This document shows positions 24,530-37,800 of a DNA stretch of 64,000 nucleotides, piece after piece. Each line of letters starts with the position of its first letter. Position 1 is the stretch's first letter. Origin of the DNA: Lama guanicoe (lineage: Eukaryota); assembly GCA_013239625.1 (NCBI GenBank), contig MU053934.1, forward strand, positions 8,825,352-8,889,351, in the 5' to 3' direction. The position numbers were made by a program, and so were the translations under genes. Below the pieces are notes generated by a model. That model saw nothing but the letters and a program-made list of their open reading frames with translations. It did no database searches and had not been told where the DNA came from.

Positions 24530-27500
24530 TCAACCTGGCCCCTGCCCCCTGCCCACCCCACACCACTGCGCAGGTCAGGAAACTGCCAACGCTCTATGGT
24601 GTTCAGAGCCCCCTTTTCCCTACCCCTGCCCCTGCCTCCCCCCTTTTCCTGTCCGTGGGGCATCCAAAGAGGCTCAAGGACACCTCCCAGGAGGCCCAGT
24701 TCCTCCATCCAGCGGCGGCCTGAGGGCCCCACAGCCAAGCGGACTCCAGCCCACGGATGAATCAGCAGCTTCGGTGGAAAAGGAAAGACCTAATAAGAGG
24801 GAACGTCACTGGCAGACTGTCTGGGCCAGAGCCGGAAGGGCCCTGGAGGGGAGATCCATCAGGCAGGCACCTCCCTCGGCCCCCACCCCGGGCTGCAGCA
24901 ATCCCCACGGAGACTCCGACTTAAAGGAACAGCTGCTCCTTGGCCAACCAGTCTCAGCTGTAGGCGGAAACCGGGAAGACACCCACCCCCACCCTCGCCC
25001 CAGCACTCGGAGCTTCGCAGCCCGCCAGACTGACTCTTCTGTTCACTACAAATGGTATTTCTTCATGACAAATAAATCCCGATGCTGCTCTTTCCCCACA
25101 AGGAGAAAAAGCCACAGGCTCCGGTAGGAAAAGCTGGGTTTCCACGCCAGCTCTGCACCTGCTCCGTGACGGCGGGCAAGCAGCGTGGCCTCCCTGATCC
25201 CCCGGGCCTGGTGGCGGCCGCAGACTGCCGGAGACCCCGGGCATGGAAAGCCCGAGCCTGGCACAGAGCAGGGCCCACAAAGGTGGGTGTATTCAGATCC
25301 GACAAAGTTTCAAGATCTGCTGCAGCCCTATTTCTTAGAAACCCAAGCTCTCAAACTGTTGCTGGTTTCTTTCTCCAGAAACCACTTCACCACAGTGACT
25401 GAGGCCTCACACTTGGGCGCTGGGAGGACAGACCTAATCCAGCCTTGAACACGGGGAACCTGAGGGCCAGCCAGTGCCAGGGCCCTCCCTAGTCCTCACG
25501 GGCAGTTCAGCGGCCTGACCAGGACTGGCCAGGCCCCCTGACTTGCAGCCCACACCCCTCCTCGGGGTGTGTTGGGGGTGCCTCAGCCAGCAGGCTCTGG
25601 GGGACTGAGCTGCATGCAGAAAGCCTCAGACTGTTTACTTCAGCCACACCACTGCCAAGGATCCAGGGCTCCACACCAGCTCCTGCCCCCTGCCCTCTGT
25701 CGGGCCTGAGGCCCACCCAGTCTCACGTCCTGTCTGGCTCCAATGGGAGGAAAACAGAAGGGGCCCCAATGGTCAGGGGTCCAGGTCAGCGAGCCTGATT
25801 AAGACAAAGGCCACCTGTCAGCCTCGGGGGCAAAGGCCAGGAGAGCCCGTAGGATTGACAGCCACCTCCCCAGTCTCACAGGCACCAGGTGGAAGGATGC
25901 TGTCAGCATCATTCTGTATCATTGCTTTGATGTTCCTGCCACACTTTTACAACAGCCAATGCCCAATTCGTGCTCCTACAGATCCCTGCAAAATTAGGCC
26001 AAGGTGCTATGTTATTCCTAGCAAAACTCTCCCATAACTTTGTTTACTTTCAGCTCCCTCTGAGCCCAAAGCCCAGCAAAAGGTCTCAGATAAATGCCAA
26101 AGATACCCACGCCGACTGCTTCTTGGTCTCGCAGGGGATACAGAAGCAGCTCTGGCCGCAACAACAGTGGTCAGGGCTTAAAATCCCACCACCTGCCACA
26201 GTGAAGTACAAGTTCACCATCAGCATCCCTCGGGGTCAAGCATGGCCCCCCTCAGGCACTCCCTTTTTATTCTGTGAGCAGAAGCAACCTGGTGGTGGTA
26301 CCTCGGGCACCCAGACAGCAGCAGTGATGACAAGGGCCTCGGCTATCATTTGTGGACCATCTGCCACGTGAGTGCTGGGCAGAGCCAGGTACATCACCTC
26401 ACTAAACTCTCCCTGGCACTCTTATTTTCCCCACCCCGTTTCACAGAAGAAACTGACTCTTGGGAGGTTAAAGAAGGAGCCCAGGATCGCAGAGCTAGAA
26501 ACTGCCAGGTCCTCAGGCGTGTCAGACCCCTGCACTCAGGCTCCTGGAAAACGCGCTGTGCTCTTCTCCAAACCTGTGCCAGCAAAGGAAGCAGACAATG
26601 AACACAACGCACGCAGTGGGCAGCTGGCAGCCCGAGCTCTGGGCTGGGGGAGGACAAGGAGTCTGTGTTCAGGAGAGACAAGCTGGAGAAGGCACCAAAC
26701 GTGCCGACCTGCTCTCTAGTAGTCCACGTGCCTGGCCAGGCCCGGCTCACCATGGTCCACACCAGGGGTCCCATCTCCCAGCTTTAAATGCTGGAAAATC
26801 ACCTTCTTCCCTGCTCATCCAGCCTGGTTAACGAATGAAGTCTGAAGCCCCAGGAGTCTGCCAATATTTCCTCCTAACATGAAGGCTCAGCTCACACAAG
26901 AGCTCCGTGTCCAGCCCGACGGTCAGGGCCGCCTCCTCCACAGGCCCCTCCCAAACAACATCTCAGAGGGGACCGGCCCACCACACCTAAACTTCCAACT
27001 GAAACTCCCAGCAGTCACACGGCCATCAGAATGTCCCCCGGGGGGGCACACTCAATCCTTCCCCCACCTCCCAGCCAGCCCCGACCCAGGCTAGCGCCAC
27101 CTCGCCTGGGATGCACCGGCCGCCGCTTCCACTCCCACCCCGATGGTCGTGGAAACGTGTGTAACACAATGTCTGGTGAAAGAGCAGAAGCTGGAGCTGC
27201 AGACACACTGACCACAACTACGCAGATCACACAGGGCCCTAGAAACACACTGAAGTGACTGGAGCTGCAGAACCTCACAAGGACTGTCTTCTTTCTTTTT
27301 CTTGTCTTTTTACTTTTAACATTTTTATTAGTAAGATGATACTAGTTTTTCCCATGAATGTATGACTTCTGATGAATGTCCTAAGGCCCAAGAGACAGAG
27401 AAATAGAAAGGGGGTGGAGAAGGGACTCTCATCTTCAGAGGGATAAGAAGAGGGAGGGAGAAGAGACAGTCCACGTCCAAATGCTTGGAAGGGTCAGGGT

Positions 27501-28233
27501 CAGGGTGAGAGTTCAGACTCAGAGGCACAGTGCAGTGTTAGGATTCCAGCCAAATATGCCCAAGTAAAGGCCCTGATTCTATTCCTCCCTAGCTAGGTCA
27601 GGTCATTGAACCTCTCTGAATCCCAGGGACTCCATCTGTCATATGGGTCTAACCTGCCCACCTCCCAGAACCAATGGTGAGTACTGGGGAGAGAGGCCAA
27701 CACAACAGTCCTTCATGAGCCATAAGGTTCTGTCCACGTGTATGTTCGTGGGGGCCCTCTGCACTGCTGCTCTGTATGTCTGTCAGCAGTGTGGCTGGCC
27801 CAGATGAGGCCACTGGATCCCAACCTTGCCAGTGTCCCTAAACCATGTGGTGCAGCAACCTTCTGAATAAACACATGAGAGGTAAATGAACACTTGTGTG
27901 GCCTGTGAAATCAGTGCTGTCTCTTTCTCCCACAGGTAAACTCCCTGTATCCTTTCCCAAGGCCTGTCCAGCAAGAAATCCCCTGGGTCATAAGCCCTGG
28001 GAGCTGCCACTCCAAAAGAGAGCTCCCTGATCTCCAGGACTCTCTCCGTGTCTGTCTCCCTGCCATCCGGCCACTGCGGCAGCGGGTTTCCGGGCCCTTG
28101 AATCCAGGGACAGACTTAGGAGAGAGATGCAGTCCCCAGATGCTCGTCCGCTCACTGCGGCAGCACCACGGACAGCTCCGTGCCCGCGGCTTGCCTTCCC
28201 TGCCGGGCTGGGCCCTAGAGCAACAGCAGTGAT

Positions 28234-28838
28234 CAGTCTGTTCTTGTGACTCAGGTAGTTCTGTTCTGTGAAGCAGCCAAAAACACTGACTTAGCAAATC
28301 CCGAGCCACTACTGCTCCTAGGGACTACAGGGTTGGGTTCCTGCAAGTTCCTGGTTACATTTCTGTCAACCAGTCAATATATAACTTAGTCCCGTGTGTT
28401 TCTGTTTAATGACACCTTATTTAACGTATATCGGGTCAGTAACATTAATGAGACACCAGCACTAGGTGCCTGAACGAAGCCTATTTAACACATATTTTCC
28501 CCATAAGGCCCATCACAGTCTTCTCGTGCTAGGGGTAGACAGCAAGCACTGTATGCTTGGGGCCACTTTACACGGCAAAAAGTCACTAACAAAAAGCACA
28601 AGAGTGCAAACACATGGCACCAAACAGACCACGAAAGGGAGGAGCTGAAACAAGGAGACGGGGCATCGCCTTGTCCGACCTCAGCCAGGCATGTGTGCGA
28701 CTCTGTGTTTCCCACCACTCTGCGCGTGTCTGCAATTCACCACAAAAGCAACAAAGGTACTGATTTGGGGGTTCAGATAAATTGCGGTGAGTAGGCAAAT
28801 TCGAAAACACAGAATCCATGAATAGTGAGGATGGGCTA
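28234..28838. mobile_element. Tigger3-family (MER7-like) non-autonomous DNA transposon
   Basis: Resembles recalled Tigger3 consensus: ctcctaggg...acagggttgggttcctgc, tgcctgaacgaagc, and the end gcaaattcgaaaacacagaatccatgaatagtgaggat. Confidence 0.7.
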
Positions 28839-29749
28839 TATCAGAAAAACTGGTTATCTGCCAACTCCAAATGGGCTGAGGGGGATCCAGCTGCCTCTCC
28901 TGCCTCGACAGACCGACCTGCCTTCCTCAGTCACTGTCTCCGAACTGCATAACTAGGGAAGCCCTTTACAGACCAGTGCGGTGGGGCTGTGTGGGGAGGG
29001 CGTGCAGCTGCATGAGGCCTGGAACCCATGCCCCACGCCCAGCTGAGACTTCCTAGTTCATTCTGCATGACCCCAGACGGGTGACATAACAGTACCAAGA
29101 GCTAACAGCACTCACTGAGGGATGAAGAGCAGCAGTGATGGCTCATCTGCCCTGCACTCTACAGTTTATAAAGTATAAAGCCCTTTCACCTGTTACCTCT
29201 TCAGATCCTCACGGCAACCTGATGACGTGGGGATACCCTCAGTTTGGTTTATAACCTCAGTCTTCAGTTTAAAGATAAGGCAACTGAAACTCGGGGATCC
29301 AGAGGCTTGACAGTCTCTGGGGCTCAGAACCAGCCCCTCAAAACAGAAAGCTCATATCCTTCCAAGGTCCCCCACGAGGGCACGGGCAGGGCCCAGAGTC
29401 TTCCAGCCGCTTTATAAATGAGCAGACTGAAGGGTCACCTGGTAAGCAGCCAAGACATCAACTCAGGCTTCCAAACCTTCTCACTACACCTGAGCCCCCA
29501 GGAACTCCCTCTTTCAGTCTCCACAGAGATGAGACAATCCCGGGTGTTCATGACAGCACCTAGCACTTCCCAAACATTCAGTGGATGAAGACCGCTATTG
29601 TTGTGACTATGGATAACTTGGAGTCATTTCCCATTAACCAGGCCTTTAGAACAGTCATGAACTGGATTTCAGGGGTATTCCTTGAAACCCACCCCAATCC
29701 TTTCCTAAACCATTAGACCACATAGGCTAAGCAAGCTATGGTAACATCC

Positions 29750-31350
29750 TACTTAAAACAGCTTACAGCCATTAAAAATGATGGCCGTTAAAAAAAAAAA
29801 AAGGGTCATGTATTACAGTAAACTGTCCAAGAGCTAATCCCCAAAAAAGTCCTTTGGAGTAGTAGGCCAAGAGATGTTTCTGAGAGGATGCTACCAGATC
29901 TTCAAGAAACAGACAGCTCCAGTGCTACTTGCACATTTTTAGAACCTAAGAAACTTTTTAACAAGAAGGCATAGTACTGACTCCAAAAATAACACACACG
30001 CACGCACATACTTACAGAAAATTACAGGCTAATCTCATTCATGGATATAACATAAAAATCTTAAAGACAATATTTAAAAGAATCCGGCAGTCCATTAAAA
30101 ACATATGCCATGACCAAGAAGGATTTAATTCAGAAATACAAGAATGGTCCAATATTAGGAAATCTACTCATATATTCACTGTATATTCATAGTTTAAATA
30201 AGAAGTAACATATTATCTCCACAGACGCTGTGAGAGCATTTGACAAAATTCCATACCCATTCTTGATATTTAAAAAAATTCTCCAAAAATAGGAATAAAC
30301 AGATATTTCCTTAATCATGAGATGCATCTCAACTAGAAAAAGTTAAAAACAAAACAAGTATCACCACAATCCATTACTATAGGCACACCTTGGAGACACT
30401 GTGAGTTTGGCTCCAGACCACTGCAATAAAGCGAGTATCACAATAAAGCAAGCCGCACAAATTTTTTGGTTCCTAGTGCATTTAAAAGTTATATTTATAC
30501 TATACTGGAGTCTATCAAACGCACAATAGCATTATGTCTTAAAAAAACCCTTAATTTAAAAATCCTTTATTTCTAAAAAATGCTATCATCTGAGCCTTCA
30601 AGTCATAATCTTTTTGCAATAGAGACATCAAAGATCACAGATCGCAGATCACCATCACAAACAACAATAATGAAAAAGCTTGAAGTACTCCGAGAATTAC
30701 CAAAATGTGACATAGAGACACAGTGAGCAAACGCTGTTGGGAAAATGGTGCCAATAGACTAGCTCGAGGCAGGGTTGACATAAACCTTCAATTTGTTTAA
30801 GAAAAAAAAAGAAAGAGAAGAAGAAAATCTGCAAAGTGCAATAAAGCAAGGTGTGGCTGTGCTGACACTGTGGTGAAGGTGCTAGACACCACGATTAGAC
30901 AATGACGATATTAAGAATAAAAGAAATTGTGACGGTAAGGTAAAATTAACAGCACTTGCAAGATAATATTATACCTGATGTGGAAAACACAGAGAAATCT
31001 ATTAAAAAGTTATTCAAACAATAGGAGTCATAAGGTATCTGGGTACAAAAAAGACCAGTACATCCAGAAACCAACAGCTTCAACCTAAGTCAACACTCCC
31101 GGTTAGAAGATACAAGGGGGGGATTGGGGATATTCTGTTTAGAGCTAAAAAGAAAAAGACTCGAACAACTGAAAAGGTTTACCGAGTTCTTAGCTAAGAA
31201 TACTGAAATCACAGAGGGAGCAATTCTACCTGATTTGTTCTATTAATTTAACATGACCCAACAGAAAATGCGAGAGAATGTTTTAAAATAAGAACAGCAG
31301 GAAATTCAGAAAGAGTGACACGAGTACGTGATTCCTACCAGATAGTGAAA
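29750..31350 (+). mobile_element. Highly degraded old L1 ORF2 fragments, split by a Tigger1 derivative
   Basis: A-rich segment with L1 ORF2 motifs (catgaccaagaaggattta, gcatttgacaaaattcca); no intact ORF. Confidence 0.6.
30381..30860 (-). mobile_element. Internally deleted Tigger1 derivative
   Basis: Both Tigger1 termini recognisable (ccagaccactgcaataaagcgagtatcacaataaagc ... aaaccttcaatttgt...gtgcaataaagcaagg) and joined at atctttttgcaatag. Confidence 0.75.
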
Positions 31351-31899
31351 CATACTAGAAAGCTAAATCTCATGTCACCATCAACCCAAACTACCCATCA
31401 CCCTTCAGTGCTGCAGATGTATAACCCATGGCTGTTGGATGCCTCCACCCTGCCACGTGGGGAAGGTCGACTTGCAGGAGAGAAAACCGGCCAGAAAGAT
31501 GGAAGGACAAAGCTGGGGAGAGTGAGGGCCACAAACCCTTAGTACTGGGCATCCCTAGTCTCCTGGAGGCTTGAATTTTCAACTCTTCTACAGATTGTTA
31601 GCCAATAGATTTCTCTTTTTGTCTAAGCTACCATGGATCGGTTTCACTTGTAACTGAAAGAACCCTAAAAAACACAATATTCAAGAATCATTCAACTCCT
31701 TAAATAAACAAACCAAAAAACCTCCCTTGACCCCACATCACCTCTAGCTGCTGTCTCACTAGAAGCTGACTCCGACAGAAACTTTTCAGCCCTCTCTTAC
31801 TTGGACAGGTGTGTTAATTTACAGACTTGTTAAATTCTTCCATTGTTTTTTGTTTTTGCTTTTCTGCAGAACTGACTTCATCTCTGCATTGTTTCATTG

Positions 31900-32660
31900 A
31901 TTCTATCTTTAAATGTACCCGGAATCCAACCACTTCTCACAAACCACTCTTCCACCCAGGGCCAAGCCACCAACCATCTCCTGCCTGTATTGCTGTCCCA
32001 GCTTCCTAACTGGTCCCTAGGCTTAAATCAGTTCCTGTCACTTCCCAGCTCATAATCCTCCATGAAGCTTCCTTCCTTCCCTCCCCCTGGCTCTTTACTT
32101 AGACACCACCTTCTCAGGGACGCCTTCCCAAACCATCCTTTTTGAAATTGTAAATCCCACCGCAATAGTCCCCATCCGCTTCCTGCTTTATTGTTCTCCA
32201 AGGCACCTGTCACCACGTAGCTCGTATACATTTTACCTAGTTATTTTGTTTGCTTTCAGTCTTTCCCCAGTACAGGAGCCAGCAAACTTTTTCTGTTAAG
32301 GTCCAGAAAGAAAACAGCTAAGCTCTGCAGACCGTATAGTCCTGTCTCAACTACAGAATCACCCACAGCAAAACAGAAAGCAACGGGCGTGGCTGTGTTC
32401 CAATAAAAGTTTATTCAGAAAAACAGGCGGAGGGCTGGAGTTGGCCTGGAGCCGCGGGTGAGCATCTGCCATACTAGAAGGCGTCTGTTTTAACAGAGGC
32501 CCCACGGGGAAGGCAGCTCCGTGAAGCTATGAGAATTTTCCCTCTTTGATTGTTTTGTTCACTGCTGTAAACTGAGTTCCTAGAATAGTGTCTGGCCTAT
32601 AGGAAAAAAATAAATATTGGCTAATTAAATGAATAAATGAAATGAACTAAGTGATTAATG
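31900..32660 (+). mobile_element. L2 3' region interrupted by a MER58A-like hAT element (~32272-32470)
   Basis: L2 motifs and terminal aaataaatattgg...aatgaataaatgaaatga; MER58A signature cagcaaacttttt ... ggcgtggctgtgttccaataaaagtttatt. Confidence 0.65.
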
Positions 32661-33647
32661 AAAGCAAGGTGGTACCAGTGCACGATTAGATCAATGGAAC
32701 AGAACAGAAAGTACAAAAACAGAATGAAAACATGCGCCAAATTTTGTTTATATTACGACTCACACAGCAAATCAGTGGGATGAAGACAGTTCACCAGTTG
32801 GTCTTGGGACAACTGGTCAACTGAGGAAAAAGAAAAAGGCTGGGCCCCTGCTCGTGCCAGAACCGATTCCAAGAACGTAGAAACTTCTCATTCGAAAGTA
32901 AAATCATAAGACAATGAAATAAACCACGAGTGAATTTCTTTATTCTCTCAGAGATAGAAGAGCCTTTCTAAGTTGAACACAAAGGCTGTCAAAGAAAATG
33001 ATGACAAATCAAACTATAAGCAAAATTTCTGGAGGGAAAACCCCACACACCATAAACAAAGGGAAAAACAACCAGCACGCTGGGAAAATTAGTGGAACTC
33101 TTAAGTGAAGGTTAATCTTCTTAACAAACAAGTGCCATACAATGCATAATAAAATGAAGCTGAATGGAAAAGCAAAAGGAGATATAAACAGCTTTTAAAA
33201 CAGGACAACATGCTTGGGGTCGCACAATTAGAGAAACGTAAGTGAAAACCGCCTGTCAGATGCGCAAAAATCTAAACACTTGGCAACACTCCAGGTTGAA
33301 GAGGCTGTGGAGCAATGGGGGCTTCCTATCAGCAGCAGGAAAATAAACTGATAAAACCCACAAGGAGAGACACTGGGCAATAAAACCACAAACACGTATC
33401 CCTTTGACCATTTCACTCACATGCAAGGCCTTTCCTGCAGTCTTACTTCCACACGAGCAAAATTATGTACCTAACTCCTAGAGCACTGCTGGCAAAGTAC
33501 TGGAATGGTCCCATCAAGATGAAAGCTTAATTAAATAAATGAGGAATCAATCATTCACAAAATGGGATACCATGTAGCTTTTAAACAAGAATGGAAGCTT
33601 TCTCTCTCTGACTCTTCTCAGATCTTTCCGGGGTTTTTTGGGTTGTT

Positions 33648-33815
33648 TTTTTTAATTTGTTATTGAAGTGTAGTTGATTTACAATGTTTCAGGTGTACAG
33701 CAAAGCAGTTCAGTTATACTTACACATACACATAAATTTTTTCAGATTCTTTTCCGTTATAGTTTATTATAAGAAATTGAATGTAGCTCCCTGTGCGCTA
33801 CAGTAGGTCCTTGTC
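33648..33815 (-). mobile_element. Young L1 3'-end fragment
   Basis: attgaagtgtagttgatttacaatg...gtgtacagcaaag...ccctgtgcgctacagtaggtcctt; same family as the L1 ends at 41255 and 62687. Confidence 0.75.
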
Positions 33816-33878
33816 TTCTCTGAGCTTTTGAATTTTGTGCCCTAACAATGTTTACTATTTAAAGAGTAACAAAAAGTA

Positions 33879-34061
33879 TTTTTTTGTTTTGCTTTGGTGA
33901 GGGCTGGAGGGGAGGTAATTAGATGCATTAATTTTAATTTTGTTTTGTTTTCTTTTCTGCTGCCGAAGCGAGCAAATTTTAATTTTTTTAATAGAGGTAC
34001 TGGAGTTTGAACCCAGGACTTCATGCATGCATGTGCTCTACCATCGAGCTATACCCTCCCC
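33879..34061 (-). mobile_element. vic-1-type SINE
   Basis: Antisense copy: ggaggtaattag...gaggtactggagtttgaacccaggac...gctctaccatcgagctataccctcccc. Confidence 0.8.
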
Positions 34062-34724
34062 ACCTACAAAATTATTTTTAATTTATTATTTAAAATAACT
34101 ATCTTTAATAACAATGTAGTTACTTGCGAAAGTGCTTATGACAGAAAGTTAAAAAGAAAAACCAAAAAACAAAGAGCAGGCCACAAAATTGTACATAATG
34201 CTTGAATGAAGGAAACTGCTTTTTTTTTAAAGTGCCTAAGAAGAAAAACCAAAAGGAAGTAACCCTTAGTGGTTAGTATTAAGAGGGGAGGAATTATAAT
34301 TTTTTCCTGTTTTTCAAACATTCTGTAGTGTATTTATGGAATGTTATGCACCTCGAGAACACTGAGGGCCCGCCGTGCCCGGGCACCATGCTGACCACCC
34401 ACATCCTCCAGCTCGCCCTCCTGGAAGGGGGTTCACTCGCCAGGGAGGACACTGGCTGCCCAGGTCACACAGCGGGCTGAGTTGGTACTTGAACCCATCC
34501 GTCCACATCTTGCTTAGTCTGTAGCAAACATTTCCCGGGTGCCACCGTTCAAGGCTGGGTGCTCGGTGCTGGTGTGGATGCAGGCTGTGTCCCCTGAGCC
34601 CACACAGCAGGCGCTGGACCTGGTCGGGGAATCAGGGAAGGTCCCTGGGGAGGGGAGTTTCACCTGAGGGATTAAAACCAAAAGTTAAGTGGCCAGAGCA
34701 GGGGGCAGTGGGCGGGGGGGGGGG

Positions 34725-34860
34725 NNNNNNNNNNNNNNNNNNNNNNNNNNNNNNNNNNNNNNNNNNNNNNNNNNNNNNNNNNNNNNNNNNNNNNNNNNNN
34801 NNNNNNNNNNNNNNNNNNNNNNNNNNNNNNNNNNNNNNNNNNNNNNNNNNNNNNNNNNNN
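34725..34860. other. Assembly gap (136 N)
   Basis: Run of N. Confidence 1.
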
Positions 34861-37800
34861 GGGCAGTGGGCGGGGGGGGGGGTGTTCGAGCCCCTCTTGG
34901 TGAGGCCAGGAGAGGGAAGGGGTCTAGCAGTGAGGACACCACATGGGAACCAGAGCCAGGGAGGATGCGACCTCAAGAGGCCTTCTGGCTGGGCTGGGGG
35001 TTTGTGTTTATCTTCAGAGGACTAGGGACCCCTGAGGGCTTTGGGATGGAGGCCCTGTGCTGTGGGGAGAAGGGACAAGTGTAGGGTGACCGGCCTGTCC
35101 AAGGGCCTCTGTTAGGGCTGGCCCCTCCCAAAGGCAGCAAGGGGGTCAACTGGCCTCTTTGAGGAGAGTCCAAGACAGCCCTTGGCTGCTTCCGCCCCCA
35201 GGCAGCCAGGGCAGCATGAATAGGCCACTGTGGCCCCTCAATGGGCCTTTCATCAACTCGTGCCTCTCAGTGCCCCTCAGGCCACAAAAGACAAAGAAGC
35301 TGAGCAGGGAGGCCCTGGGCTGCCCTGATGAGGCACTTGGATGGAGAAGAACTGGTCAGACGGGTCCCGTGTGAGCAATCCCACAGGCCAGGCCAGCCCT
35401 CTGCTCCAGGAAGCACGGGTTTCAGTGATGCAACGTGCTCACACCAAGGGGGCCATCACCTGTCTGTTCCCTGTCTTCCTCAGGGATGAGTCCAGCCTCT
35501 TCCACCAGACAGCCCCCTGAAGGCTGCGGTGTGGTCCCCCATACCCGGGCCCCCGCCTTTCTTCCCGGACAAACGTGCTGCATGTCACCAGGCCACCCCT
35601 TCCCTCACTGTGGAGTCTCTTCCTGGACCGCACCACGGGACCATCCTGACCTGGCCTGTGCCAAGTCCCTGGGGCCATTCCCCATGACCCTGCCCCAACA
35701 TGCACCTCCCACTGACCTACCTGTATCCAGCACCTGACCCCATCCACTCCTGAGTGCCCACCTGAGCCATTTTACCTATTTGATCTTCACAACGATCCTC
35801 TGAGGTAAAGTTACTGCCTTCCTTTAACTGATGAGGAAAATGAGGCTCAAGGTCTGACTCACCAGTCACACTGCCAGCCTGAGGCAGAGCCAGGCCACAG
35901 CCCAGAGCTGCCTTCAAGGCGGAGCTCTTAGCTCTGTGCTATGGCCTGTCACACTAACCACCCATCTGAGTGTCCCCTCCCACCACAGGCACCCTGCTGG
36001 CACGGTGAGCAGGTCCCCAGCACAGGGCAGGGCCCACAACAGGGAGTCGGCCAATACTGAACAGATAACTACGAGCTCACTCGGAGAACACCACAGCAGC
36101 TCTGAAACTCAGCCCAAGGCCGCCTTCACAACCCCTTTTCATAATATGGGAAGTTGTGAAATCCTTAAAGTGCTTCCACAGCCCTCAGGTCACACCCAGG
36201 AGGCCCTCATCCAGGTGACCCAGCAAGATCGTAATGGGAGCTGGGACTGGAATCCCAGTCGGGTTCAGTCAGCACCCACTCTGAGCCTGCTCCGTGCCAG
36301 GCATCGCCCGAGGCCCCCGGCGCACTGAGGAACAAACCCAGACCCAGGCCTCAAGGTCGCTGTCATGCAGCAGGGGCTTCAGTTCCCATGCTCACAGTTC
36401 CCAAAGCAACCCTCTGGTTTCCCCCAAATAGCAATGTCTGCAAACCCCTACAGCCCTGCAGCCACTGTCACAGGACTCGGGCCACCTGGCCCCACTAACT
36501 GTCCCAGACGGCTAGGCAGCTACCAGGACAAAACAGCAGCTCTACATTCAAACTCCCATGTCCTAGGAGCTCGTCACCAACGTGGCCTGACTCCAACTCC
36601 GACTCACTGCTTTGCTCTGACACATAAACGGGCCCCCAGGACGAGATCAGGAGCCATGACCGGTCCACCCCAGCTCCCAGCTCTCGCCTCCCGCCTGGGC
36701 TTGAGAGCCCTCGGGCACTGACCCGTCGGCAGGCCACCCCCTCCCTCCTCCCTCCTCCACCCCAACGTGCACGCAGCATGAGGCGCGTGGCAGATCCCAG
36801 AGCCTGTGCCAGCACTGCGAGGGGCGCTGGCGGCCCACCGGCCCCCACGCTGCGCCAGGGCAGCTGCTAGACCCCAGGAACCCCAGGCGGCAGGAGCGCC
36901 CTCTCACCCACGGGGCAGGCTCCGCTGGACCAACCCACCCGACCGTGAGCCCAGGCGGGAGGGGCCACTGTCGTGCTCAGGGCCCAGCACCCACTCCTGC
37001 AGGCTCTCAGGGTGCGGGCTGGTGTTTATAAAGCACTTGCAACCTGCCAAGATGCAGAGCTGATGGCACACTAGGAAGCTAGGATTCAAGGGCAACCCCT
37101 GGGCCGCAGGCAGACGCCAGTGGACAGCTGAGCCTGAAGGTGTTTCACCCCCTCGGTCACCTAGCACAGTCCCTCCCTCCTGAGACCAGACAAACCCTCA
37201 TGCAGATGGCCTCTCACCTCAGATCCCCTCATTCAGGGGACTCAGGGCCCTTAGTCCCAGCCCTCTGCTACGCCGCTTCCTCCCCAGGAATGCCCACCCC
37301 CAGGCCTACCTCCTCTTTCACTTCCCTCCTTTATTCTCGCTTCTCCTAAGATGTCCTTCTCTGGGAAAACCAAAGGGCGGGGTTCTTCATACACTAGCCT
37401 GGGGCCAAGTCACACAGGAAAAAGGCACCAAATGCCTCTCCCTGGACAAATGGATGTCTGAGTGAGACTGGACAGGCCACAGCCTGGCGTCCAGGAGAAC
37501 TGGGTCCAAGACCCAGACTGACTACTGTGGGGCCCTGAGCAGGGCCTTCACCTCTGGGTCTCATCCTCCTAACCTGCCAGCAGGGTAACACCCCTTCCCC
37601 ACGGGGCCGCTAACAGCGCGACACCATCCTGGGCCCACAGTAACGGGGAGCGGCCGCTCCAGTGAGAGAACTGCCCTGCTGGACGTGCAGGGAGGCTCCC
37701 AGACACAGAGCGCTGGCTGAAGATGACCTCATCCCTGACCCAGCTCAGGCTGACTCCTCGGGGTTTACTGCCGGGAGCGGGAGCAGGACGAGGACTCCCA

